NCBI GenBank assembly: GCA_963642055.1
Contig: CAVIFQ010000008.1
Location: forward strand, 14,805-78,804
Length of the DNA stretch: 64,000 nucleotides
From: Roseburia hominis
GTDB taxonomy: Bacteria > Bacillota_I > Bacilli_A > RFN20 > CAG-826
Reading direction: 5' to 3'
The notes under the pieces were generated by a model that did not search any database, was not told the DNA's origin, and worked only from the letters and a program-made list of their open reading frames with translations. Within the stretch, counting starts at the first letter, position 1; each line of letters starts with the position of its first letter. Position numbers and translations under genes: made by a program. Shown here in pieces: positions 56,481-64,000 of the stretch.

Positions 56481-57398
56481 TTACTTTTTCTTTCCACCAC
56501 TTCTAGGGAAGAAAGCCTCATATTCCTCTTTCATCCTCTTTTTGCTGACGTGGGTATAGACCTGAGTCGTATTGAGACTTTCGTGGCCTAATAGTTCTTG
56601 GATGAGGCGCAAATCGGCCCCGCCTTCTAGTAAACTTGTTGCGAAAGAATGCCGTAATGTGTGGGGGTGTAACCCTAAAGAGCTCCCGGCTTTCTTTTCG
56701 ATGTTGTCGAGAATGAATTCGAGGTCCCGCACTGAAAGCGGGTTCCCGTTCTTCGAGAGGAAAAAGGCCACGAGTATCGGCCCTTTATGGTATTTTTTGG
56801 CGAGAGTTGGCCGAAGTTCATCGTAATATCGTTTCATCTTCTCGCTGGCTTTTTTGGAGAAAGGGACGAGCCTCATTTTGTTCCCTTTTCCTTTCACGCG
56901 AATCATCCGCGTGCCGTAATCGATATCGCTTTTCTTAAGGCTTACGAGCTCGCTCGCCCTCATCCCGCTTGAGAAGAGGAGCTCTAAAATCGCGGCATCG
57001 CGGATCATGAGAGGATCATCCCGTTTCTCGTTTTCCGCGAAAAGGATATCGATCTGCTCAACCGATAAGACATCAGGCGACTTTTTCCCTGTTTTGGGAT
57101 TATGGAAACCTGTCAATGGGTTCTTATCCGCGTATCCTTTCTCGTTGGCGAACCGATAGAAACCGCGAATAGAAGCAAGTCTCCTTTGACAGCTTCTTTT
57201 GCTCACGCCTCGATTAAGTTCTTCACTTAGATAGGCCCTTAAAATTGGGCGAGTCACATCGGTGAAAGAAACGCCCAAAGGCGTCAAAAAAGCGAAAAAT
57301 GCATCAAGATCCATCTGGTAATTCTTGACGGTGAGAGGCGAGAAACGCCTTTGGTAAGTCAGATAATCCAAGTATTCTTTCTCCGCTTTATTCATCAA
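56481..57398 (-). CDS. xerC: tyrosine recombinase XerC/CodV
   Basis: HTLRHSFATSLLEGGADLRLIQELLGHESLNTTQVYTHV catalytic region; topA-trmFO-xerC context. Confidence 0.88.
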   Translation of the reverse strand: MMNKAEKEYLDYLTYQRRFSPLTVKNYQMDLDAFFAFLTPLGVSFTDVTRPILRAYLSEELNRGVSKRSCQRRLASIRGFYRFANEKGYADKNPLTGFHNPKTGKKSPDVLSVEQIDILFAENEKRDDPLMIRDAAILELLFSSGMRASELVSLKKSDIDYGTRMIRVKGKGNKMRLVPFSKKASEKMKRYYDELRPTLAKKYHKGPILVAFFLSKNGNPLSVRDLEFILDNIEKKAGSSLGLHPHTLRHSFATSLLEGGADLRLIQELLGHESLNTTQVYTHVSKKRMKEEYEAFFPRSGGKKK

Positions 57399-58677
57399 GC
57401 GCCATTATATACGAAGAAAGGGATTCTCGGCATTGATTGACCGTCGCTTCTCTTTCCTTTTTGCTGGAGTTCGGGAAAAGAGCCCAATTGGCGTTCATCG
57501 GGGCAAAATAAGCCGGATTTGCGTGCAATATATAATCAATGAGCGCTCCGCTCATCGTATCAGTCGGCACAGGAACAAATGATTTTCCACTGTATTTCCG
57601 GTCGAAATTGACGGCGGCGATAAGCCCCATCATCGCGCTTTCCACATACCCTTCAACGCCCGATAATTGGCCGGCGATATAGATATCCGGTCTCTCTTTA
57701 AGCGAGAGATCTATCGATAAAGCGGCGGGGGCATCGATATAGCTATTCCTGTGCATGAGCCCGTATCTGATGAAGCGGGCATTCTCTAAGCCGGGAATGA
57801 GCGAAAAGACCCGCTTTTGCTCAGGATAGGTAAGATTAGTCTGGAAACCGACGAGATTGTAATAATCGCCCAGTTTGTTATCTTGCCGGAGCTGAGCCAC
57901 CGCATAGGGCTTTGGATGCTCATCGGTCTCTAGACCGAAAGGTTTGAGCATGCCGTGGCGGAGCGTCTCCACGCCTCTAGAAGCCATCACTTCGATTGGA
58001 AGGCAGCCCTCAAAATACTTGGTGTCGAAAGAATGGAGCGGCGCTTTTTCCGCGTGAATGAGTTCATCGACGAAATGAAAATACTCATCTTTGGTAAACG
58101 GGCAATTGAGATAAGCCCCATCATCCTGCTTGAAGCGCGATTTGTAATAAACCTTCGAGAAATCGAGCGAATCTTTCGCCACGATAGGGGCGGAAGCATC
58201 GAAAAAGGAGAAGTTCTTTTGGCCAACGACTTTTGCGATATCCTCTAAAAGCGGACCGCTCGTCAATGGGCCAGTTGCGATGATGCACGGAGAAGAAGGT
58301 AGCTCCTTCACTTCTTCTTTCTTCAAATGGAAGGAAGGGAAAGAAGATAAGGTTTCATGGATATATTTTGCGAATAAATCGCGGTCGACGGTGAGGGCAT
58401 TGCCTCCGGGCACGCTCGCATAGGAAGCGGCTTTCATCATGAGGCTATCAAGGCGCGCTATCTCTTCTTTGAGGAGACCGCACGCATTGGTGCTCTCTTT
58501 GCTTTTGAGGCTATTCGAGCAAACTAGCTCCCCCAGGAATTCGCTCGTATGGGCGCCATCATCGACGAGGTATTTTCTCTCATAAAGAGTGACCTCATAC
58601 CCTTTCTTGAGCAAATAAAAGGCAGCCTCAGCTCCTGCGAGACCACCTCCGATAATAAGCGCTTCCTGCTTTTTCAT
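57388..58677 (-). CDS. trmFO: methylenetetrahydrofolate-tRNA-(uracil-5-)-methyltransferase TrmFO
   Basis: FAD motif IIGGGLAGAEAA; about 429 aa; ATGA overlap with the topA stop. Confidence 0.88.
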   Translation of the reverse strand: MKKQEALIIGGGLAGAEAAFYLLKKGYEVTLYERKYLVDDGAHTSEFLGELVCSNSLKSKESTNACGLLKEEIARLDSLMMKAASYASVPGGNALTVDRDLFAKYIHETLSSFPSFHLKKEEVKELPSSPCIIATGPLTSGPLLEDIAKVVGQKNFSFFDASAPIVAKDSLDFSKVYYKSRFKQDDGAYLNCPFTKDEYFHFVDELIHAEKAPLHSFDTKYFEGCLPIEVMASRGVETLRHGMLKPFGLETDEHPKPYAVAQLRQDNKLGDYYNLVGFQTNLTYPEQKRVFSLIPGLENARFIRYGLMHRNSYIDAPAALSIDLSLKERPDIYIAGQLSGVEGYVESAMMGLIAAVNFDRKYSGKSFVPVPTDTMSGALIDYILHANPAYFAPMNANWALFPNSSKKEREATVNQCRESLSSYIMALDE

Positions 58678-60797
58678 TCGTCCTTCTTCTTTTTCTCGTC
58701 GATCCATTCGTGATAACGGCATTTCGGGAAGTTGGTGCAGCCTAGGAATTTGACGCGTTTCCCTTGTTTCACGACGAGATGCCCGTCTTTGCAGCTAGGG
58801 CATGGCTTCACGTAATCTTTTTCGGTATAGGTAGTTGTTACTTTTTTGCTCTCGCGTCCTTTGATATAGGAGCAAGATGGATAGCCGCTGCAGCCAATGA
58901 AGGTCTCGCCCTTCTTGTTTTTGCGCTCCACGAGCGGCTTTCCGCATAAGGGGCACATCTCGCCAGTTTGCTTTGGCTCTTCCTTTTTCTCTTTCTTGAT
59001 ATAGGAGCAGGCTGGATAATTGCTGCAAGCCACGAAAGTCCCGTATTTGCTCTTTTTCTTGACGAGAGGCGAGCCGCATTTGGGGCATAATTCACCCGTC
59101 TCTTCATCCGGGTCTTTGTACATTTTTTGCGCGACTTCCTCGTATTTTTGGATAAACGGGCCATAGAAAGAATTCATGGCGTCAAGCCGGCTTTCCTCGC
59201 CATTTGATATCTCATCGAGCGTCTTCTCCATATTCGCGGTGTATTCGCTGGAGACGATCTCGGGGAAATATTTACCCAAAACGAGCGTGGTTCTGCTACC
59301 CGCCTCAGTTGGCGTGACAATGCCGCCTTTGCTAGTGATATAGCCAGAGCGGATGAGCGTTTTGATGGTTGAGGCATAAGTGCTTGGACGACCAATGCCT
59401 TTCTCTTCCATCATTTTGACGACTTTTGCCTCGCTATAACGGGCGGGGGCTTTGGTGAATTTCTGCTCGCCGTCTTTTTTCGTTAAGGCATATGATTCGT
59501 TTTTCTTCAAAGGAGGCAAAATCTTATCTTCATCGTCCTCGAATTCGCCATATATCGCCTCATATCCTTTGAAGATCGTTTTCACGCCCGTCGCTTTGAA
59601 GGTTAGGCCATTGCTTTCGAAAATGGCGGTCGTCGATTCGATGAGTTTATCGCTCATACAGCTTGCTAAAGCGCGGTCATAGATGAGTTTATAAAGCTTC
59701 GCCTCATCAGGTTCTACGTAACGAGAAACCAAAGATGGGGTCCTGTGAGTACCAGTCGGTCTGATGGCTTCATGCGCATCTTGGCTCGAGGCGTTATTTT
59801 TAGCTTGCTTATAATGCCCAACGTATTCATCGCCAAATGTTTCCTTGATGAAAGGAACGGCATGGCCATGGAAGAAGGTCGGCGAAAGGCGGGTGCTGTC
59901 GGTACGCATATAGGTGATCAAACCGACGTGCTCGCCGTTGATGTCTTTACCTTCATAAAGACGTTGAGCGATCGATTGGGTCTTGCTGGTGGAGAATTTA
60001 TAACGGTTATAGGCCTCTTGCTGCATGGTTGAGGTCGTGAAGGGTAATTTCGAGGGAATCGATTTCTTGCTGGTCTCCAAAGAAATCAAATCGAGAGTAT
60101 CGCCAATACGGGCAAGAAGAGCGTCAGCCTCTTCTTTTGAGGAAATCGTGATGGCTTTCCCGTCGACTTTATCTAAGGAAAGGACGAGCTCTTTGCCATC
60201 AACCAAAATAGTGACTTCGATCGTCCAGTATTCGCTTGGGACGAAAGCCTTAATCTCTTCATCATTGTCGACGATCATCTTAAGCGTCGCGCTTTGGACG
60301 CGGCCAGCGGATTTCGAGCCCATTTTCTTCTGAAGGAGGCTCGAGAGTTTAAAGCCGATGATGCGGTCATACATCCTACGCGTCTCTTGGCTCGAGACAA
60401 GGTTAAGGTCGATATGGCCAGGGTTATTGAGGGCGGCGAGAATCGCGGGCTTCGTGATTTCGTGGAACTGGAGGCGCTTGGTGGTTGCAATATCTAAACC
60501 GAGAACGCTCGCAAGATGCCAAGAAATAGCTTCCCCTTCCCTATCAGGGTCGGTCGCCAAGATGACTTCATCAGCTTTTTTGGCATTCTTTTCCAGATTT
60601 TTGATGATTTCGGCTTTCCCCGGGGTGATTTTGAAATCCGGCTTGAAATCATGCTCGACATCGATACCTAAGCCGCCTTTGCCTCTCGTTGAAAGGTCGC
60701 GAATATGCCCTTGAGAAGCCATTACTTTATAGTCTGAGCCCAGATAATGACCGATTGTTTCGCATTTTTTTGGTGACTCGACGATAACTAATTTCAT
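58674..60797 (-). CDS. topA: DNA topoisomerase I
   Basis: Toprim N-terminus LVIVESPKK, the active-site region, and three C-terminal Cys4 zinc ribbons. Confidence 0.95.
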   Translation of the reverse strand: MKLVIVESPKKCETIGHYLGSDYKVMASQGHIRDLSTRGKGGLGIDVEHDFKPDFKITPGKAEIIKNLEKNAKKADEVILATDPDREGEAISWHLASVLGLDIATTKRLQFHEITKPAILAALNNPGHIDLNLVSSQETRRMYDRIIGFKLSSLLQKKMGSKSAGRVQSATLKMIVDNDEEIKAFVPSEYWTIEVTILVDGKELVLSLDKVDGKAITISSKEEADALLARIGDTLDLISLETSKKSIPSKLPFTTSTMQQEAYNRYKFSTSKTQSIAQRLYEGKDINGEHVGLITYMRTDSTRLSPTFFHGHAVPFIKETFGDEYVGHYKQAKNNASSQDAHEAIRPTGTHRTPSLVSRYVEPDEAKLYKLIYDRALASCMSDKLIESTTAIFESNGLTFKATGVKTIFKGYEAIYGEFEDDEDKILPPLKKNESYALTKKDGEQKFTKAPARYSEAKVVKMMEEKGIGRPSTYASTIKTLIRSGYITSKGGIVTPTEAGSRTTLVLGKYFPEIVSSEYTANMEKTLDEISNGEESRLDAMNSFYGPFIQKYEEVAQKMYKDPDEETGELCPKCGSPLVKKKSKYGTFVACSNYPACSYIKKEKKEEPKQTGEMCPLCGKPLVERKNKKGETFIGCSGYPSCSYIKGRESKKVTTTYTEKDYVKPCPSCKDGHLVVKQGKRVKFLGCTNFPKCRYHEWIDEKKKKDE

Positions 60798-60821
60798 GAC
60801 TTTCTCCTTAAGCGCCCTAGA

Positions 60822-60850
60822 AGATTAGTGACTTGCCCTACCCTTGTCAA
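60822..60850 (-). promoter_or_regulatory. candidate topA promoter (TTGACA-17-TAATCT)
   Basis: Read on the minus strand; an AAGGAG RBS follows. Confidence 0.5.
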
Positions 60851-60921
60851 GCAAAGCGAAAGGCGCTTCCACCTATATAAATAACCTTATTATTTATAAG
60901 ATTTGAAAATTATTTTCTTCC

Positions 60922-61689
60922 TCATAAAAGCGCGAGCACATCCTCAGGGTCATCGATTAAGTAAGCCCCATCTTTTATAAGGGCGTTGCAGGCGCTTTCT
61001 TCAAACGGCGGGCTTGGGAGACAGCCTACATCCTTCCCCATGGCGACGGCCAAAGAGACGGTAATGAGGGAACCGCTTCTTTCGGCTGCTTCCCCCACCA
61101 CGAGCATTTTGCCTGTGCCCGCCAAAATGCGGTTGCGCTTTGGGAAATGCTCTTTTTTCGGCGTAACGCCGGGTGGATATTCGCTTAAAAGGAGCCCTCT
61201 ATTCCGTAGATATACATAGATATCGGCACTTGAGGTTGGGTAATCGATATCAATGCCCGCTCCCGATATTCCGATGATTTTCCCGTTTTCCTCCATCGCC
61301 CCTCGCATCACGGCGGCATCAATCCCACGGGCGATTCCGCTTACGATCGTCACGCCTTGCTTGGCGAGCTCTCTTCCAAAACGGCGGGCGTAGCCTAGCC
61401 CGGCTTTGCTCGCTTCTCTTGAGCCCACGAAAGTGACGGAGCGCCTTAAATCCTTGAGCAAAGACAAATCGCCCTCGTAAAAGCAGACTAAAGGAGGAAG
61501 AGCGATGTTCTTCCACTCGTTAGGATAAACCGGATCCAAAAGATTGAAGCACTTGGGATTATTGCTCTTCAGGAATTTATCCAGTTCTTCATCAGTGACT
61601 TTTCTTTTCTCTTTGATGTGGGTGAGCATCAAATCGCAGTTCCCTTTATATAAAAAGGATAAGTAGGTAAGAATCTCGTTAGCCTTCAT
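60922..61689 (-). CDS. dprA: DNA-processing protein DprA (short form)
   Basis: VSGIARGIDAAVMRGA Rossmann-like DprA motif. Confidence 0.8.
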   Translation of the reverse strand: MKANEILTYLSFLYKGNCDLMLTHIKEKRKVTDEELDKFLKSNNPKCFNLLDPVYPNEWKNIALPPLVCFYEGDLSLLKDLRRSVTFVGSREASKAGLGYARRFGRELAKQGVTIVSGIARGIDAAVMRGAMEENGKIIGISGAGIDIDYPTSSADIYVYLRNRGLLLSEYPPGVTPKKEHFPKRNRILAGTGKMLVVGEAAERSGSLITVSLAVAMGKDVGCLPSPPFEESACNALIKDGAYLIDDPEDVLALL

Positions 61690-61742
61690 AATCGCCTCCA
61701 CCCATTAATAGAGGGGAAAAGGCGCTTTTACCGAAAAAAAAG

Positions 61743-62360
61743 TTAAAAGAGTTTTAGCTGTTCTTTGTAGTAAGAAGCAATCGGAGCGAAGGATTTGCGG
61801 TGGATTCCTTCGATAGGCCCGTACTTTTTGATGGCTTCCATATGAAAAGCGGTGCCATATCCTTTGTGCTTTGCAAACCCGTATTCGGGGTATTTTTTAT
61901 CAAGCTCTTCCATGTAGCGGTCACGCGATACTTTCGCAAGGATTGAGGCAGCGGCGACATTTAAACACTGCGCATCGCCCTTCACCATCGCCACGACCGG
62001 CTTATCGAGCTTAAGAGGCATCGCATCGGTGATGATCAAATCAAAAGGGACTTTAATCTGAGAAATGGCTTTCTTCATGCAGAGTTTAGTGGCCTCGTAA
62101 ATATTGTGCTCGTCGATTTCCTCGGCGCTCATGGAGGCGATGCCATAGCCTAACGCGTTCTCAGTGATGATAGAGAAAAGCTCCTCGCGTTTTTTCTCGG
62201 TGAGTTTCTTCGAATCGTTGATGAGGTCATTGGAAAAAGAAGGCGGGAAGAGCACAGCCGCAGCGTAGACTGGCCCCGCCAAAGGTCCTCTACCAGCTTC
62301 ATCCACCCCCACAATCAAATGGGTGGTCTCGTTATAGAATTCGCGTTCTTTTTTAAGCAT
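61743..62360 (-). CDS. rnhB: ribonuclease HII
   Basis: GVDEAGRGPLAGPV catalytic motif. Confidence 0.92.
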   Translation of the reverse strand: MLKKEREFYNETTHLIVGVDEAGRGPLAGPVYAAAVLFPPSFSNDLINDSKKLTEKKREELFSIITENALGYGIASMSAEEIDEHNIYEATKLCMKKAISQIKVPFDLIITDAMPLKLDKPVVAMVKGDAQCLNVAAASILAKVSRDRYMEELDKKYPEYGFAKHKGYGTAFHMEAIKKYGPIEGIHRKSFAPIASYYKEQLKLF

Positions 62361-63219
62361 TGGGGCGCTCCAAGCTGATGGAGCCATATTCCCCATCTTT
62401 GAATTCCTTTATTAGAGTTAACGATGCTTTCCCTAAATCGGGGTCTCCGCCCTGCAGCAAAAACCCCTTCTTTTGCGCGATTTTTTCTAAAATCTCGTCA
62501 TTTCCTAGGTCAATTAAAGTTGCAATATCGTATCTTTGAGCGAGGTTTTGCGGGTAATATTCGCGTAAATAGTCCAAAAGGATGGAGGCTAAATCGTCAA
62601 TCGGAAGCACTTCCTCTTTGATGGAGCCGGTGAGAGCAAGACGCACCGCTTCTTCACGCTTCAAATACGAGGAAGGCAAAATCCCTGGGGTATCCAAAAG
62701 GATGAAACCGTTCTTGAGCTTGATCCATTGCTCGGCCCTAGTTACGCCTGGCTTATTGCCGGCGATTGCGATGCTTTTGCCCGCCAAGTTGTTGATGAGG
62801 GTGCTCTTCCCGACATTAGGTACCCCCACGATCAATAAGCGCACTGGCTGCGGCTTCATGCCGAGTTTCCTCTCTTTTTCGCGCTTCTTCGTCAATAAAG
62901 GAACGCTTGCTTTCTCGATGAGCGGGAAGGCTTTCTCCTGCTTGAGGTTACTCGCGACAGCCGTTACCCCGATTGAACGGAAATAAGCGATCCACTCCTC
63001 GGTCACTTTTTTATCGGCCCTATCTATTTTGCTTAAGAAAAGCAAACGCGGCTTATTGCCAATTAGTTTGTCTAATAAGGGATTACGGCTAGAAAAAGGA
63101 GCACGAGCATCCGCGAGCTCAATCACCAAATCGATCGCGCTCATATAGCTAGAGAGCGAACGCAAGGCCTTTTGCATATGGCCTGGGAAATAATGGACGC
63201 CTTTTTGCTGCTGGTTCAT
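62353..63219 (-). CDS. rbgA: ribosome biogenesis GTPase A (YlqF)
   Basis: FPGHM motif, circularly permuted GTPase layout (LSKIDRAD precedes GVPNVGKSTLIN). Confidence 0.9.
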   Translation of the reverse strand: MNQQQKGVHYFPGHMQKALRSLSSYMSAIDLVIELADARAPFSSRNPLLDKLIGNKPRLLFLSKIDRADKKVTEEWIAYFRSIGVTAVASNLKQEKAFPLIEKASVPLLTKKREKERKLGMKPQPVRLLIVGVPNVGKSTLINNLAGKSIAIAGNKPGVTRAEQWIKLKNGFILLDTPGILPSSYLKREEAVRLALTGSIKEEVLPIDDLASILLDYLREYYPQNLAQRYDIATLIDLGNDEILEKIAQKKGFLLQGGDPDLGKASLTLIKEFKDGEYGSISLERPNA

Positions 63220-64000
63220 AACTCGACGATGCTCCAAGGGAAGAGAAGCGAAGAATAGATCAATTTGTTCTCGGCCGTCTTTTTCCCGTCAACGTATTTT
63301 ATAGCCAAATTGACTTTCCCGGTTATCGCAACGATCTTACCGCGCAGAAAGAAGGAACCGGAAGGATAATCAGGATTGAGGTTGTGGCTTCTTCCAATCG
63401 GTCCGCGGAAGCGCGAATCGTTGCTTCTTCCGATTCTCCGATTATCCCCCACCAAGAAATATTCATCTTCGCCGAGCGTGACGGGATTAGACTCCGTGGC
63501 GTATTTGGCGTAAGAGGTCGTTTGGGATAAATATCCATCTTTCTCAATGAGCTCATTTTGAGCGTAGTAACGATAAGCGCTCTCCCCTTTTCCTTTTATA
63601 TATAGTTTCCCCTCTTTTGAGAAATAAAGACTCTCGCCAGGAAAGCCGTATAAACGTTTTATCTTCGGCGCATGCGTTTCATCATTGACCAGTGAATGGG
63701 TCTCTAAGGAATAATCATCATCAAAGTAAGACATGACGATATCGAAACGCTCCAAGCGATCGATGAAGCCATCTTTATCATCGAGAAGTCCATAATCGCA
63801 GACATACGAATAGCCATCTTCATCATAATCGCCCCACGAGCCATCGACGTTCTTCTCTATTTCTCCCGTTTCCAAATTGGTGCGCGTTGCTTCGCCATTG
63901 AAGAAGGGATACATGCTGTCGCCGCTCACGAAAAAAGAGCGGTAACGATTGTATTCGTAAATGAGCTGGCCAGCGGTAGATAGAGTCGCGACAAGCAAAA
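63216..64000 (-). CDS. lepB: signal peptidase I (N-terminus outside window)
   Basis: SGDSMYPFF (catalytic Ser box) and VGDNRRIGRSNDSR box. The ORF remains open at the window end. Confidence 0.85.
   Translation of the reverse strand, partial: LLVATLSTAGQLIYEYNRYRSFFVSGDSMYPFFNGEATRTNLETGEIEKNVDGSWGDYDEDGYSYVCDYGLLDDKDGFIDRLERFDIVMSYFDDDYSLETHSLVNDETHAPKIKRLYGFPGESLYFSKEGKLYIKGKGESAYRYYAQNELIEKDGYLSQTTSYAKYATESNPVTLGEDEYFLVGDNRRIGRSNDSRFRGPIGRSHNLNPDYPSGSFFLRGKIVAITGKVNLAIKYVDGKKTAENKLIYSSLLFPWSIVEL

Noticed and set aside
56481-57398. Tyrosine recombinase as a possible integrase for the accessory islands.
   Set aside because: It sits in the conserved topA-trmFO-xerC (codV) housekeeping context, more than 20 kb from the islands, and has XerC-type motifs. 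It is most likely the chromosome dimer resolvase.
1-64000. Possibility of the Mycoplasma/Spiroplasma genetic code (UGA read as Trp).
   Set aside because: All conserved genes are full length under the standard code, several genes end in TGA (for example topA and cdsA), and Trp positions use TGG. There is no evidence for code 4.

Overview
This is a 64-kb chromosomal window from a Bacillota-type genome using the standard genetic code (TGA is a stop). I estimate the GC content at around 45% by eye. The right half (35.2-64 kb, almost all on the minus strand) is a conserved housekeeping backbone. It has the classical Bacillus-like order lepB-rbgA-rnhB, dprA-topA-trmFO-xerC, an oppABCDF operon, and rpsB-tsf-pyrH-frr-uppS-cdsA-dxr-rseP-polC, with no proS between rseP and polC. 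Enlarged OppD/OppF/OppA and an extended ribosomal protein S2 suggest a Mollicutes- or Erysipelotrichia-like lineage; this placement is inference only. The left half (0-35 kb) is mosaic. It holds sugar genes (a GPH symporter and a FucI-family isomerase / FGGY kinase / araD cluster), a MATE pump, udk and six tRNA genes, five of which carry a C34 anticodon. Accessory modules are interleaved with these:
- four paralogous AAA+ ATPases of the DUF4143 type with a C-terminal PD-(D/E)xK-like motif;
- two AlbA_2/HATPase_c_4 proteins;
- a class II Fic protein and an ArdC-like protein;
- an AbiEi/AbiEii pair and a DUF3990/HTH pair;
- a two-gene secreted-protein operon whose 876-aa product ends in a Hint (hedgehog/intein-like) domain.

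The most unusual signal is that each ATPase or AlbA_2 gene has its own private repeat set: phased iterons or long imperfect palindromes. One copy lies at operator distance from the start codon, and a second copy often bounds the gene on the far side. Two G/C homopolymers (G8 and G10) lie in the signal-peptide-coding regions of surface or secreted protein genes and disturb the reading frame, making them phase-variation candidates. All family calls rest on motif recognition by eye; no database search was run.
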